DNA of 63,410 nucleotides, counting the filler, from Octopus bimaculoides (lineage: Eukaryota), in assembly GCF_001194135.2 (NCBI RefSeq). It is 7 parts of 7 records of this genome, joined end to end, with 100 filler letters (N's around TTAATTAATTAA, not from the genome) between each part and the next. Parts side by side here need not be neighbours in the genome. Positions count along the whole stretch, not along the records: positions 1 to 12,265 come from NC_069001.1; positions 12,366 to 23,938 come from NC_068986.1; 5 more parts are not named here. The stretch is one strand, 5' to 3'. This document shows, piece by piece, positions 1 to 13,764 of this stretch; positions within the stretch are counted from its first letter, which is position 1, and every line of letters begins with the position of its first letter. The notes below the pieces were generated by a model. That model did no database searches, was not told the DNA's origin, and worked only from the letters and a program-made list of their open reading frames with translations. Made by a program: the position numbers and the translations under genes.

Positions 1-340
1 ACCACCACCACCACCACCACCATCATCACTACCGCCGCCATCACCACTACCCCCACCATTACCACCACCACTACCACTACCATCACCACCACTAGTAGTA
101 CCGCAACCACCATCACCACCACCACTACTACCATCACTACCACCACGGGTACCACAACCACAACCACCACCACTACCACCACCGCAGTCATTATCAACCG
201 CGACCATCACTACTTACTACTACCGCCTCAACCACATCTTCTCCCACAACCACTGTAAACCACGCCTGCCACTACAACCTCACCCTACACTTACAACCTC
301 TACAATTACATCAACCACAATAACAACTTCATTTCCACCA
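1..340 (+). repeat. Degenerate (ACC/ACT)n trinucleotide low-complexity tract
   Basis: Direct inspection. A similar tract spans 11460-12265. Confidence 0.9.
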
Positions 341-1085
341 NNNNNNNNNNNNNNNNNNNNNNNNNNNNNNNNNNNNNNNNNNNNNNNNNNNNNNNNNNNN
401 NNNNNNNNNNNNNNNNNNNNNNNNNNNNNNNNNNNNNNNNNNNNNNNNNNNNNNNNNNNNNNNNNNNNNNNNNNNNNNNNNNNNNNNNNNNNNNNNNNNN
501 NNNNNNNNNNNNNNNNNNNNNNNNNNNNNNNNNNNNNNNNNNNNNNNNNNNNNNNNNNNNNNNNNNNNNNNNNNNNNNNNNNNNNNNNNNNNNNNNNNNN
601 NNNNNNNNNNNNNNNNNNNNNNNNNNNNNNNNNNNNNNNNNNNNNNNNNNNNNNNNNNNNNNNNNNNNNNNNNNNNNNNNNNNNNNNNNNNNNNNNNNNN
701 NNNNNNNNNNNNNNNNNNNNNNNNNNNNNNNNNNNNNNNNNNNNNNNNNNNNNNNNNNNNNNNNNNNNNNNNNNNNNNNNNNNNNNNNNNNNNNNNNNNN
801 NNNNNNNNNNNNNNNNNNNNNNNNNNNNNNNNNNNNNNNNNNNNNNNNNNNNNNNNNNNNNNNNNNNNNNNNNNNNNNNNNNNNNNNNNNNNNNNNNNNN
901 NNNNNNNNNNNNNNNNNNNNNNNNNNNNNNNNNNNNNNNNNNNTGTACCCGACCACCCCATTTAACACTTCTACATACTACCCACTCAAACACCCAACGC
1001 TGCTCGATTCGAAACTATCTTTTACTCTTCCCTGCCACCTATCTGTCTATCTATCAATCTATCTATCTATCTATCTATCTATCTC

Positions 1086-1136
<51 letters not shown>

Positions 1137-1517
1137 GTCTATCTATCTCTCTATCTATCTATCTATCTCTCTATCTATCTATCTATCTATCTATCTCTCT
1201 ATCCCACCCCTTATCTGTATGTCTGTCTGTCTGGCTGTCTATTCCTCTAATTACCAACTCCCACTCTATCAATCCATATAAGGATTACGTCTCCCCGCGT
1301 TTCTTATAGGAGGAAGCTGCAGTTGAACACCTGCAGGTATATGTGCATGTGATGCAACATGGTATCATTTATTTGCAACTAATGCACTGCATGTTCCCAG
1401 AATTATTTGACAGTTTACATACAAATGCTAGCACCAGAGACATGGGTTCGAATACGAGTTGGTCTGTAATATACGACTGCATGTATGCTAATATATATAT
1501 ATATAACGCAAACATAA

Positions 1518-1566
<49 letters not shown>

Positions 1567-1643
1567 TACTCATATACATATGTGTGTGTGTGTAAACATA
1601 AATACATATATACATGTATATGAATACGTGTATCTATACGTGT

Positions 1644-1950
1644 GCGCATGGCTCAGTGGTTAGACCGTCGGGATCGCAATCATGAAGTAGTGAATTCGAC
1701 ACCCAGACCGGGCTGCGTGTTTTGTTCTTGACCAAGGCACTTTATTTCATGTTACTCCAGTTCATCAGCTGTAGAAATTAGTTGCGATGTCACTTGTGCC
1801 AAGTTGTATCGGCCCCTTTGCCCTTCTCTTGGATAACATCGGTGGCATGGAGAAGAGAGGCTGGTTATGCATGGACGACAGCTGGTCTTCCATAAATAAA
1901 TTCGCCTTTCTAGGAACAATCCCATGCCTATTTATGACCAAAGGGTGTCT
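1644..1950 (+). mobile_element. tRNA-headed SINE family C
   Basis: A-box-like GGCTCAGTGGTTAGA and B-box-like GAATTCGAC, followed by GTTCTTGACCAAGGCACTTTAT. A related head lies at about 58420-58560. Confidence 0.7.
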
Positions 1951-2911
1951 TTATTGACACCATTCGGTCATATATAGTGTATTATATATACAATATTTTA
2001 AAGAAGAGTATACATCCTGGAGAAAATATTTATATTTGGGGCTAACGTTGTATATGTTTTGGAAAAGGGTTAAAATGTTTATAGAAAGAAACTGTGCAGA
2101 GTCCCTTCGGATTCTTAGATGGGAGACTTATTAATTTATCGCACAGACAAACGTCTTCATCTGGTCCTTGTGTGATTTGAATGGGTTTGAATGGGTTTCA
2201 CTCTGTTGCAAGTATCTATCCTTTGGTTTGAGGATAACTTCCTCTCATCCCCGTCGCTAAGTGAGAAGCGAGGCACTGGACGATTTACAGTGATATACTC
2301 AGATTTACAGTGATATACTTATTTTGAAAATCCCCTTTAGCATTATTACAAATTAGTGCCCATCCAGAATATTCTGAAGCGCCCACCAGGCACCAAAGTC
2401 TGGCGAAGGGTTTGCTTCCTTCCCTCCTCCGTTCCCACTGGCCTCCTGAAAAGGTCAGAACTGATGCCTTCGTCTTTTCTAAGTCATTAAGACAACAATG
2501 CATACTAATTTTATAGGTAAATAAGAAATGTTTGTTTTTATCTTTGCCCAAAGACTAACAGCAGTGCTAAACATTAACAGTGCAGCTGAGAATCGAACCC
2601 ATGTAGGCAAATCTTTTATCAGAGAGATTATATAATCTGTTATTTTATTAAGATATTATGTCAATTAACCAAAAAGTAAATTTCAATTAGTTCCCTAATC
2701 TAGAATTCATTTTTCACTTCTTCCCCAAACACAGATCTTTTAAAAGATATTTTTTTAGTCCTTTCAATTTCATTTATTCCCTTTCAACTGATGGCTTTGC
2801 TTTTCGCTTTCTTTATATTTTCCCTTTCCCAATTTTCTAAACTATAAATTTAGCGCAAATACAAAAGAAAAACAGAAATGAATATAAACGTCAAATAAAA
2901 TTTAGGCAGTC

Positions 2912-2957
<46 letters not shown>

Positions 2958-3138
2958 TAATAATAATGTCTCAAAGATGTTAAATGCCAAGTAATATCAG
3001 GAGGAAAATGCTATTTCTTTTATTCGGTACTGAAAACTTAAAGGTCATTAAATTCTTAATTTTCAGTAAAGAATTTCTGATTAGGGATAATTATTTTGAA
3101 AAATGTTTTTGTTCTTTATTTTTTTTTAATGTTTTTAT

Positions 3139-3197
<59 letters not shown>

Positions 3198-3573
3198 TGT
3201 TTTCGGTTGTGAAAAGAGTTGAGTAGAGAGAAGAGAAATGATGATGGAATAAAGTATTGTTCCTGAGGTCATATCTCACGGTGATCGTTAGAGGGGAGAA
3301 ATATCTCCAGTCAGCCACTGGAAATAGATTCCCCCATCTGCTTGGTGGGTCTCACAGGGTGTCCGAAGAATATTACTTGCAGATCAATCTGTAAAGAATT
3401 TTTCCCACCAATTCCCGGGTTTTTAGTTTTTGCTTCGCATTAGTTGTTTTTATCCTTTCTACATCTTATATTCAAACATTTTCCCGAAGGCAACGGGATT
3501 GCGAAATGTTTGCAGGTGATTTGGACGTATTCGTGCAACGTAGAACACACGTGAGTCCTGTGAAACATCAAAG

Positions 3574-3604
<31 letters not shown>

Positions 3605-3723
3605 TTGCCATTTACTATTCTAATTTTAAAGCGTGCAGTTATACAAATTACAAAAGGAAGATTAATGAGAGACTCGAACAGTGCAAATAAAATTTTGCAG
3701 ATACATAAGTATAGTGCAGACAT

Positions 3724-4245
3724 GTTTTAGTCATTTGACTGCGGCCATGCTGGGGGAGACAAACACAGACACAAACATACACACATATCCATAAANNNNN
3801 NNNNNNNNNNNNNNNNNNNNNNNNNNNNNNNNNNNNNNNNNNNNNNNNNNNNNNNNNNNNNNNNNNNNNNNNNNNNNNNNNNNNNNNNNNNNNNNNNNNN
3901 NNNNNNNNNNNNNNNNNNNNNNNNNNNNNNNNNNNNNNNNNNNNNNNNNNNNNNNNNNNNNNNNNNNNNNNNNNNNNNNNNNNNNNNNNNNNNNNNNNNN
4001 NNNNNNNNNNNNNNNNNNNNNNNNNNNNNNNNNNNNNNNNNNNNNNNNNNNNNNNNNNNNNNNNNNNNNNNNNNNNNNNNATATATATATATATACGACG
4101 GGCTTCTTTCAGTTTCCGTCTATCAAATCCACTCACAAGTCTTTGGTCGGCCCGAGGAGACACTTATCCAAGGTACCACGTAGTGGCACTGAACACGGAA
4201 CCATGTGGTTGGTAAGCAAGCTACTTACCACACGGCCACTCCTGC
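3724..4245 (-). mobile_element. tRNA-headed SINE family A copy (gap inside the internal microsatellite)
   Basis: Shares the head GGAGTGGC(T/C)GTGTGGTAAGTAGCTTGCTTACCAACCACATGG and the tail CAGCATGGCCGCAGTCAAATGAC with other copies in the window. Confidence 0.85.
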
Positions 4246-4831
4246 ATATGTGTGTATGTGTGTGTGTGTGTATACATTTGTATAGATAGATAGATAGATA
4301 CATACATACATACATACATACATACATAGAGGCTACAACGCATTTTCGTACAGAATATTCTTACAGTCACGCTTTCACGTGCGATCGCATGCACACGGTT
4401 AAAAAAAAAAAAGGAAACCAGTTAAAAGACCAGGACATGCAGTTTCTCGGTACAAACTGACTGTCTGCAATCACTTGAAAAATAGAATCCTGACACATAG
4501 TGCAAGGAAGTTCTACGTTATTTTGGTATTGTACACGTAAATGTATATATTATGCAAGTATGTATGTATGTATGTATGTATGTATGTATGTGTGTATGTA
4601 TGTATGCCGCAATATATGTGTCGGTATATATGTTAATGCATATGATTATACGTGTAAGTTTATCAATCAGTTATATTCATCTATCAATCTGCTTATCTCT
4701 CTCTCTCCCATTCTCACTCTCACTTTCTCCTTCACTCTCTCTCTCTCTCTCTCACTCTGTATACATATATGTATATTATATATGTATATATATGTATGTG
4801 CAGGTATATGTATATAATTTTTCACCCCGAG

Positions 4832-4876
<45 letters not shown>

Positions 4877-6210
4877 CATATACAAGAAATGAGGGCAGGG
4901 AATCGTCAATTAATAATAGAATTAATAATTAACAATTTTGCCAAGTAGTTCAGTATGAAAAAAACCTTTATCGGTAAGACCATTTATCATCATAAATATA
5001 AGGGATTAGCAATTGAGTTGCTTCTCCAATATGAATATATATATGTGTATATGTGTGTATATATGTGTATGTATGTATAAATATATGTATGTACATATAT
5101 ATGTATATATATATATGTATTTACATATCTATGCTCAATACATTTGGTCGGAGTTACATATATTATTCAACAGCAATTTCATTTGTCTCTGTGTAACTTA
5201 AGCCGGAAGAACTACCGTTTTATGAGTCCACGTAACTTTGACCTGCAAGGAGCCGAATCAAACTTTTATCCCTATATATATATATATNNNNNNNNNNNNN
5301 NNNNNNNNNNNNNNNNNNNNNNNNNNNNNNNNNNNNNNNNNNNNNNNNNNNNNNNNNNNNNNNNNNNNNNNNNNNNNNNNNNNNNNNNNNNNNNNNNNNN
5401 NNNNNNNNNNNNNNNNNNNNNNNNNNNNNNNNNNNNNNNNNNNNNNNNNNNNNNNNNNNNNNNNNNNNNNNNNNNNNNNNNNNNNNNNNNNNNNNNNNNN
5501 NNNNNNNNNNNNNNNNNNNNNNNNNNNNNNNNNNNNNNNNNNNNNNNNNNNNNNNNNNNNNNNNNNNNNNNNNNNNNNNNNNNNNNNNNNNNNNNNNNNN
5601 NNNNNNNNNNNNNNNNNNNNNNNNNNNNNNNNNNNNNNNNNNNNNNNNNNNNNNNNNNNNNNNNNNNNNNNNNNNNNNNNNNNNNNNNNNNNNNNNNNNN
5701 NNNNNNNNNNNNNNNNNNNNNNNNNNNNNNNNNNNNNNNNNNNNNNNNNNNNNNNNNNNNNNNNNNNNNNNNNNNNNNNNNNNNNNNNNNNNNNNNGTGA
5801 CGTCGGTGGCGCCGTGCTGCATTGACTCCTGCATCTTCCTAGCCTTTACTCTTGCATAACATCAGTGACACGATGAGGAGAAATAGACATGAAGAAGTAG
5901 CTGCTGCGGCCGATAGAGTTACTCTCAGGTGCTTGTCAATTAGTCTCGTGAAGCCATGTTTATAGATACAAAAATGTATGTTTAGCATGCTTGCAAATAG
6001 ATACATACATACATGCACGCAAGCACACACTCACACACACATACACACACACACATAATAAATATACATATACTACAGAAAATAAAGGAATTCTCGAAAG
6101 CAGATAAGCTGTGACATTACCTTAGAAAACTAGATAAATATCCTTAGAAGACGGACAAAAGTGGCCAGTATCCTCTACAGAAAATCGAACCCCGTACCTT
6201 TCAGATATCT

Positions 6211-6279
6211 ATATTACCTTTAATTCTTTTTATATATTACCTTTAATTCTTTTTATATATTACCTTTAATTCCTTTTAT
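6211..6279 (+). repeat. 23-bp tandem repeat x3
   Basis: ATATTACCTTTAATTC(T/C)TTTTAT at 6211, 6234 and 6257. Confidence 0.95.
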
Positions 6280-6936
6280 ATATATACAGCTCTACATACA
6301 CCAAACACGTTTCAACTGCACCAATTAGTAACCGTTGCAAATGCAACCTTATTATAATACTGGTGCAGTTTCTTCTGGGTTTTCTCTTTAATATCCTTCG
6401 ATTTAACTGGTTAAAGGTTTTCGTTTATCTACTCTGCGTTGTATGATGTAGAGTTGTTCGTTAAGTTAGACCGAACGATCTTCAATTCAAGTTTTGATTG
6501 TATAATCATTCATAGTCCGTTATTTCAAAATATTCTGTTGTTTGAATGTTTATTATTCATTTATACTGAACAAATGTGAATTTCCTCATCTGCAAGCATC
6601 TCAAAGCTTGTTCCCATACAGAGTTTATTATATTGCTCTGAGATGAAAAAATTTGGTAAAATTTTCTTAAACATAGGTCACATTTTTTAGTTCCAGGTCT
6701 GTATTGTTTTGCAGTACAAATAAATTCCCAGTTGATAATATAGTCTTTGCGTCTGTCTTTGACAGACCAGGTTAATTTACTAAGACTTGTTTGGAATTGT
6801 TTTATTTTTTTCTCTAAATTAATTCAAATGATTTGCCAGTCTCCTCTTGAAGATTAGTGTTGTCCCACCGATGTATGTATATATGTGCATGTGCATGTAT
6901 ATATGTATGTATATATTTATCCCCCCCTCTCTCTCC

Positions 6937-7011
<75 letters not shown>

Positions 7012-7097
7012 AAAAAAACACAAAAAACAATAACAAAAAAACAACAAAGTGAGGACGTGATACGGATAGTGTTATTGGACGCTCGGGAAAGGAAGGA

Positions 7098-7129
<32 letters not shown>

Positions 7130-7485
7130 CAGGGAACCTACAAAAATTTCTAAGACCAGTCATGTGACTATCCTCTACCAATCAAGACCTATTCAAAATA
7201 TATACTAATTCGAGCCATGAACTCCCTATAAAAATTGGGCAAGCTTCAAACGCTAGTCAGAAGCAAAACAGCTGCGACCTTAGCCACGTCTTTCTATTTC
7301 AAATATTTGAACATCAGCGTAAACAATGAAACTGATTAAATCTTAAATACAACAATAAAAAATATTTTAATTATTCCCAATTTTCCTATATTTCTGCCCG
7401 TGTGGAATAAAATAACTTTGTTTTCAATATGCTCCAGCATGACCATAACCACCTGCTTGAAACACATAAACGAATATATATGCAG

Positions 7486-7530
<45 letters not shown>

Positions 7531-8877
7531 TTCATAACGAGAAAAATAGCTGTTTACTTCCACACAAGTAGGAATATAAGGAAACTGGGTTCAGGGTTGA
7601 AAATACACCTGAATCCTAAAACAAATTTTAGTTTTTGAATTTATCGAAATATCATACTGATTCTCACAATTTTATTGTTTTTCAATGGTAAATGAAAAAG
7701 AAAATGAAAAGCTAAAAAGAAGAAAAAACACAGGGGAAGTTTTCCTGGTGATAAAACTGGCACAAAAATCAGAAGTTCAATAGTTTATACAGTAAAATTA
7801 CTCGTAAATTCAAATGTTGAATAAGTTTCACAGCAATAAGAAATGATGAAAGTAAAAACGTTCGATATATTTCATACATTAATACTTGATAGAAAACTGA
7901 AGTTTAAACAAGTTTTATAGCAATAAATTATGGTGACAAATAGATATGATGAAGATTTTGAAATATGTGAAAAAAACATTCTTTTACAAGCTCTGTTGTG
8001 TTGTGTGATGCAAAATTTCTCGGCTTTTGTTTCAGTCTTTCGAATGTGGAACTCGAACCATTTTCTAAGCAGATATTGCCGTGAATGTGTGGTAAGAAGT
8101 TCGCTTACCAACCACATGGTTCTGGGTTCAGTTCCATTCCGTGACACACTGAGCAAGTGTCTTCTACTATAGCCTTGGACCGACCAAAGCCTTGCGAGTG
8201 GATTCGGTAAAGGAAAACTGAAAGAAGCCCGTTGTATGCGCGCGCGCGCGTGTTTGTGTCTTTGTCCCGCAGTATCTAACGGAAATATACCCCAACTATG
8301 AATGACATCAGATTGCCCAAACTGTGCCAGTGCTTTACTCGACACATCAGCACACTAATTGATACATACCTATTAATCCAAAATATTACATACATACAGA
8401 TATAGGTTTAAATCCTGATTGGCTGCTTACTAAGTGACGTCACTTATTTTCACCGCCTGCCGGCAGTCTAATATTCTTGTTGGTTTGAGGCTTCAGGATG
8501 TACTTCATTTATCGGGTCATTTGTTATTTTCAGACCGTTGTCCAACATTGTAGTTTGTTGACGGTCCGTGAGCACCATTTCTTTGTCGAATGTCCTGGTT
8601 ACATGCTTTGTCTGACAGTAATCTAGTGTTACGGTTGGTTAACTCTCTTAAGACGTCGCGTATTTTTCTGGTGTTCCGGGCGGCAGAATACTTAATATCA
8701 TAACTTTTTTTTTTCTCGCTTTTTTTTTCCTTTTGCCGTTTAAAGTCAGTTTTGAAGAGTTTTAGTGGAACAAATCGATCCCAGGACTTCTTTCTTTTTA
8801 AGCCTTGTACTTATTCTATCGGCCTCTTTTGCCGAACTCCTACCTTACGGGGACGTGAACACATCAACACTCGTTGA

Positions 8878-8913
<36 letters not shown>

Positions 8914-9042
8914 CACCCACAGCCCAAATTAAAATGTGATATTTATACGTATAGATGGTGAACTTAATTCTGGGAGAGTTCCTACAGCGAAAGATCTTAT
9001 CGCCTCTGAAGACACGCGAATGTGTTGAACAGGAATTTAAAA

Positions 9043-9073
<31 letters not shown>

Positions 9074-9450
9074 NNNNNNNNNNNNNNNNNNNNNNNNNNN
9101 NNNNNNNNNNNNNNNNNNNNNNNNNNNNNNNNNNNNNNNNNNNNNNNNNNNNNNNNNNNNNNNNNNNNNNNNNNNNNNNNNNNNNNNNNNNNNNNNNNNN
9201 NNNNNNNNNNNNNNNNNNNNNNNNNNNNNNNNNNNNNNNNNNNNNNNNNNNNNNNNNNNNNNNNNNNNNNNNNNNNNNNNNNNNNNNNNNNNNNNNNNNN
9301 NNNNNNNNNNNNNNNNNNNNNNNNNNNNNNNNNNNNNNNNNNNNNNNNNNNNNNNNNNNNNNNNNNNNNNNNNNNNNNNNNNNNNNNNNNNNNNNNNNNN
9401 NNNNNNNNNNNNNNNNNNNNNNNNNNNNNNNNNNNNNNNNNNNNNNNNNN

Positions 9451-9503
<53 letters not shown>

Positions 9504-9540
9504 TATATATGCATATTCATGTATGTATGTATGCATGTAT

Positions 9541-9573
<33 letters not shown>

Positions 9574-9657
9574 GCACACTAGCATATGAGTATACAGCAT
9601 ATTGCTAATTATCATTATATATATGTGTGTGTATATATATTTACTTATACATATAAT

Positions 9658-9694
<37 letters not shown>

Positions 9695-10038
9695 TATGCA
9701 TATATCGATCTCTTTTATGAGCACATATTGTGTATAAGAGAGTGTCACTCAAATATCGTACCTACTTATGTTCACGTACATATATATAGAGAACATATAT
9801 AGAGTACATATATAGAGTACTCTTTCAGTGTTTATAGTTGAGTGTATATGTATAAGAGTGTGAGTTTGTGTATATATATATAAGTATATATATGTCTATA
9901 TATATACACACACACACACACACGCACGCACACACTCACACACGTACACAAACAAACACATGCTCACGTACAAGCAAACACAGAAACACACTCTCACGCA
10001 CACACCCACGTACACCCACTTCTCTGAGGAACTGTGTG

Positions 10039-10071
<33 letters not shown>

Positions 10072-10189
10072 TTATGGATTATTCTCCTGATAAATGTGTG
10101 TGTGTGTGCATGTGTGTGTGTGTGTGTGTGTGTGGAGAGAATCCAATATTCAACAAGCACTAAACGTAATTGGCCTGGTTAGAGAGTTC

Positions 10190-10620
10190 ATTTTTCTCTT
10201 TCCCTTTCTGTATTTAGGATTACATAACTGTTTCATCGTCTCCCTCCCTCTTTCTCGCCAACTCTCTTTCTTTCACTCCCTCTATCTCTCTGCATCTCTT
10301 TCTCTCGCCCACCTCACTCTCTCTCTCTCTCTGTCTCTCATCTACACACTTCTTATTGACTCCTATTTGCCACGTTTTGTTTCTCTCGTCTCTCCTTTCC
10401 TCCCGAATTCATGTCAACTCCTTTCCCACCACTCCCCCCCCTTGTCTCTGTTTCTCTCTCTCTCTCATTCTTTCTGTCTGTCTCTCCCTCTCTCCGTTAT
10501 GTAATATTAACAACTTCTTTCTCATCAATTTCTCTCTTTCACCATTCAATACTTCTCTCTTATTATTTCTTTTGCTTCAGTACTCTTTCGCCTTTCACTC
10601 GCTTCCATTTCTAGGCTATA
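10190..10620 (+). repeat. About 430-bp pyrimidine-rich (CT) tract
   Basis: The + strand is strongly C/T-rich with embedded (CT)n runs. Confidence 0.8.
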
Positions 10621-10656
10621 TTTACATACACATCATGCGCACGCGCACCCCCACTC

Positions 10657-10690
<34 letters not shown>

Positions 10691-11291
10691 NNNNNNNNNN
10701 NNNNNNNNNNNNNNNNNNNNNNNNNNNNNNNNNNNNNNNNNNNNNNNNNNNNNNNNNNNNNNNNNNNNNNNNNNNNNNNNNNNNNNNNNNNNNNNNNNNN
10801 NNNNNNNNNNNNNNNNNNNNNNNNNNNNNNNNNNNNNNNNNNNNNNNNNNNNNNNNNNNNNNNNNNNNNNNNNNNNNNNNNNNNNNNNNNNNNNNNNNNN
10901 NNNNNNNNNNNNNNNNNNNNNNNNNNNNNNNNNNNNNNNNNNNNNNNNNNNNNNNNNNNNNNNNNNNNNNNNNNNNNNNNNNNNNNNNNNNNNNNNNNNN
11001 NNNNNNNNNNNNNNNNNNNNNNNNNNNNNNNNNNNNNNNNNNNNNNNNNNNNNNNNNNNNNNNNNNNNNNNNNNNNNNNNNNNNNNNNNNNNNNNNNNNN
11101 NNNNNNNNNNNNNNNNNNNNNNNNNNNNNNNNNNNNNNNNNNNNNNNNNNNNNNNNNNNNNNNNNNNNNNNNNNNNNNNNNNNNNNNNNNNNNNNNNNNN
11201 NNNNNNNNNNNNNNNNNNNNNNNNNNNNNNNNNNNNNNNNNNNNNNNNNNNNNNNNNNNNNNNNNNNNNNNNNNNNNNNNNNNNNNNNNNN

Positions 11292-11332
<41 letters not shown>

Positions 11333-11459
11333 GTACAGATACATACCTACATACACACATACATACACACAGTCATACATACACACTTTCACCTGCTTTT
11401 CTATCTGGGATCTTCGAGTTTCCTTTATTATCCAATAGAGGATTGTCGTTGTAACCAAC

Positions 11460-12157
11460 GCCGCCACCATGACCACCACTACCACCACAAGCACCACCAC
11501 CACAACCACCACCGCAATCCCAACCAGCTCGACCATCACCGCAACACCACCATTACAAATCTACTTCTCCTTTAGTACTACAGCAACTCTACCACCACCA
11601 CCACCATCACGACCCTCATCATCATCACCACCACCACCACTACCACCATCACCACCACTATACCACCGTCACTCTACCATCGGTACCCCGCCATCACCAC
11701 TACTACCATGACGTTGTACACTGCAACACAAACATCATTATTAATGTAGTGCCACCACTACTCTTACTACAACCCACTATGCATCGCTATGTACCACTAC
11801 CAACACCACACCACATCACTACACACCACTAGTGCACCACTGCCGCCACTACAATGACATCTATTACATCACGACCACAACTGCAATACCAACTGCAGCA
11901 CACCATCTCTACTACAACCTCAACTGCTACATCACTAACACGCCACCACCACTACCATCGCTACTATATCACCAACTGCAACACTACCCCCCCCCCACCA
12001 CCACCACTACTACTACTGCAACATCAAATACACCATCAGCTGCAGTCATTGCTACTGTATATGTAAGTGCTTTACTAATCTGTCCTCTCCAGAACTCGGT
12101 CACCTCCGTTCAAATACGGTCAACACCGCCACCAGCACCACTATCACCAATACCACC

Positions 12158-12201
<44 letters not shown>

Positions 12202-12207
12202 GACTAC

Positions 12208-12242
<35 letters not shown>

Positions 12243-12265
12243 ATACTACTACTACTACTACCACC
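11460..12265 (+). repeat. Degenerate (ACC/ACT/CAT)n trinucleotide tract
   Basis: Direct inspection. It generates the spurious poly-T/P/L ORFs in the track. Confidence 0.9.
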
Positions 12266-12309
12266 NNNNNNNNNNNNNNNNNNNNNNNNNNNNNNNNNNN
12301 NNNNNNNNN

Positions 12310-12321
12310 TTAATTAATTAA
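12310..12321. other. Assembly spacer TTAATTAATTAA within N-runs (also 23983, 39115, 52868, 60092, 62092)
   Basis: An identical palindromic 12-mer with stops in all six frames, centred in 44N+12+44N = 100-bp gaps (counted for the first two). Artificial. Confidence 0.97.
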
Positions 12322-12365
12322 NNNNNNNNNNNNNNNNNNNNNNNNNNNNNNNNNNNNNNNNNNNN

Positions 12366-12399
<34 letters not shown>

Positions 12400-13084
12400 T
12401 GTGTGTCTGTGTTTGTCCCCCCCCCCATCATGGTTTGAAAATAGATGTTGGTGTGTTTATGTCCCCGTAACTTAGCGGTTCAGTAAATGAGAACGATGGA
12501 ATAAGTACTAGGCTTACGAAGAATAAGTTTTGGGGTTGATTTGTTCGACTAAAGGCGGTGCTCCGGCATGGCCGCAGTCAAATGACTGAAACAAATAACA
12601 ATGAAAGACTATAGAGGGAGCAACTGTCGGCAAACAGATCAGTATAGAAGTACAGTAGCTGTATTTATGTCAGAGATTTCATCCAAAATTAGTAAACAAT
12701 TTAATAACGAGAAAGTATATAAAAATAACTTACAAACAGTTCTTAGAGAAAGAATTATTCAAGATGACTCACAATTACTCCTAATGCCTAATATCCTCTT
12801 ATTCCACGAGGTATACTTTGCCATTCAACCTTTTGATGTCGATAAAATAAGTACAAGTCGAAGACTGGAGTCGATGTAAACAACTTACATCCTACCCCTA
12901 AACTGCTGGCTTTGTGAAAAAGTTTGAGGCCAGTATATTTACCCTCTCAAAGGGTTTGGATTTTACAGAATCGTTACATCTTTGTTTTTCATCATTTCGG
13001 GGTCGATAAAATAAGTACTAGTTAAGTACAGAGGTCATTTTAATCGATTAATTCCCTTTCCCATTTTTTCCCTTTTCTCCTTTC

Positions 13085-13764
13085 GGATCTATTTTAAAAC
13101 GGGGGCGCCAGTATTTTCTTAACGAAACACTAACGAAACACTTTGAAACTTGGGACACTGGTAGAATGTGTCATATAAAACATCTTTTACTCTTAGTCTT
13201 CTTAACAAAAAAACGTACATCGCAAGTTATTCCATGTTAAAGTTGTCGTATTTCTGTAATTTCAACCAATCACTGACGTCTATTCAGCTGAATAGAGTTA
13301 CTGCTGGGCGGTCATAAAAATGTTATTCCCTGTGACATATTTCATCCGGTTTAATCGTAATTTATACGCATATATTGTTTATATAATAAATTNNNNNNNN
13401 NNNNNNNNNNNNNNCTGCGCGTATCTATGTGTGTAACAATTTTAGAGTTCGGATTCTAGAGTTAGGGTTAGTTTTAGGGCTAGGGTTAGGGATAGGGTTA
13501 ACAGTCTAGTTAGGGTTAGGGTTAGGGGATTAATACGATATACACCGTTACAGCGCTAACTGTTTTCAACTGAATAGACGTCAGTGATTAGTAGAAATTA
13601 TCGAAATAAGACAATTTTTTACATGAAATAAATTCGAATACAAAAATATTTTTCTGTTCTATAACACAAAATAGATAAGTATACAAAGTTTGAAAGTCTT
13701 TCCGTACCAAAAACACTACATAAAACATAAATGAAAACTGGCGCCCCCGTTTTAAAATAGATCC
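13085..13764. mobile_element. Non-autonomous DNA transposon (MITE), Merlin-like: GG termini, 8-bp TSD, internal TTAGGG tract
   Basis: Perfect 28-bp TIR GGATCTATTTTAAAACGGGGGCGCCAGT (13085-13112 and 13737-13764). TSD CTCCTTTC at 13077-13084 and 13765-13772. Imperfect inner inverted segment at about 13258-13300 versus 13555-13600. Confidence 0.9.
13461..13527 (+). repeat. Degenerate (TTAGGG)n interstitial telomeric tract
   Basis: About 9-10 variant hexamers (ttaggg, ctaggg, ataggg) in the centre of the 13085-13764 MITE. Confidence 0.85.

Noticed and set aside
1644-1720. tRNA genes suggested by A/B boxes here and at other SINE heads
   Set aside because: No complete cloverleaf; the boxes continue into shared SINE bodies.
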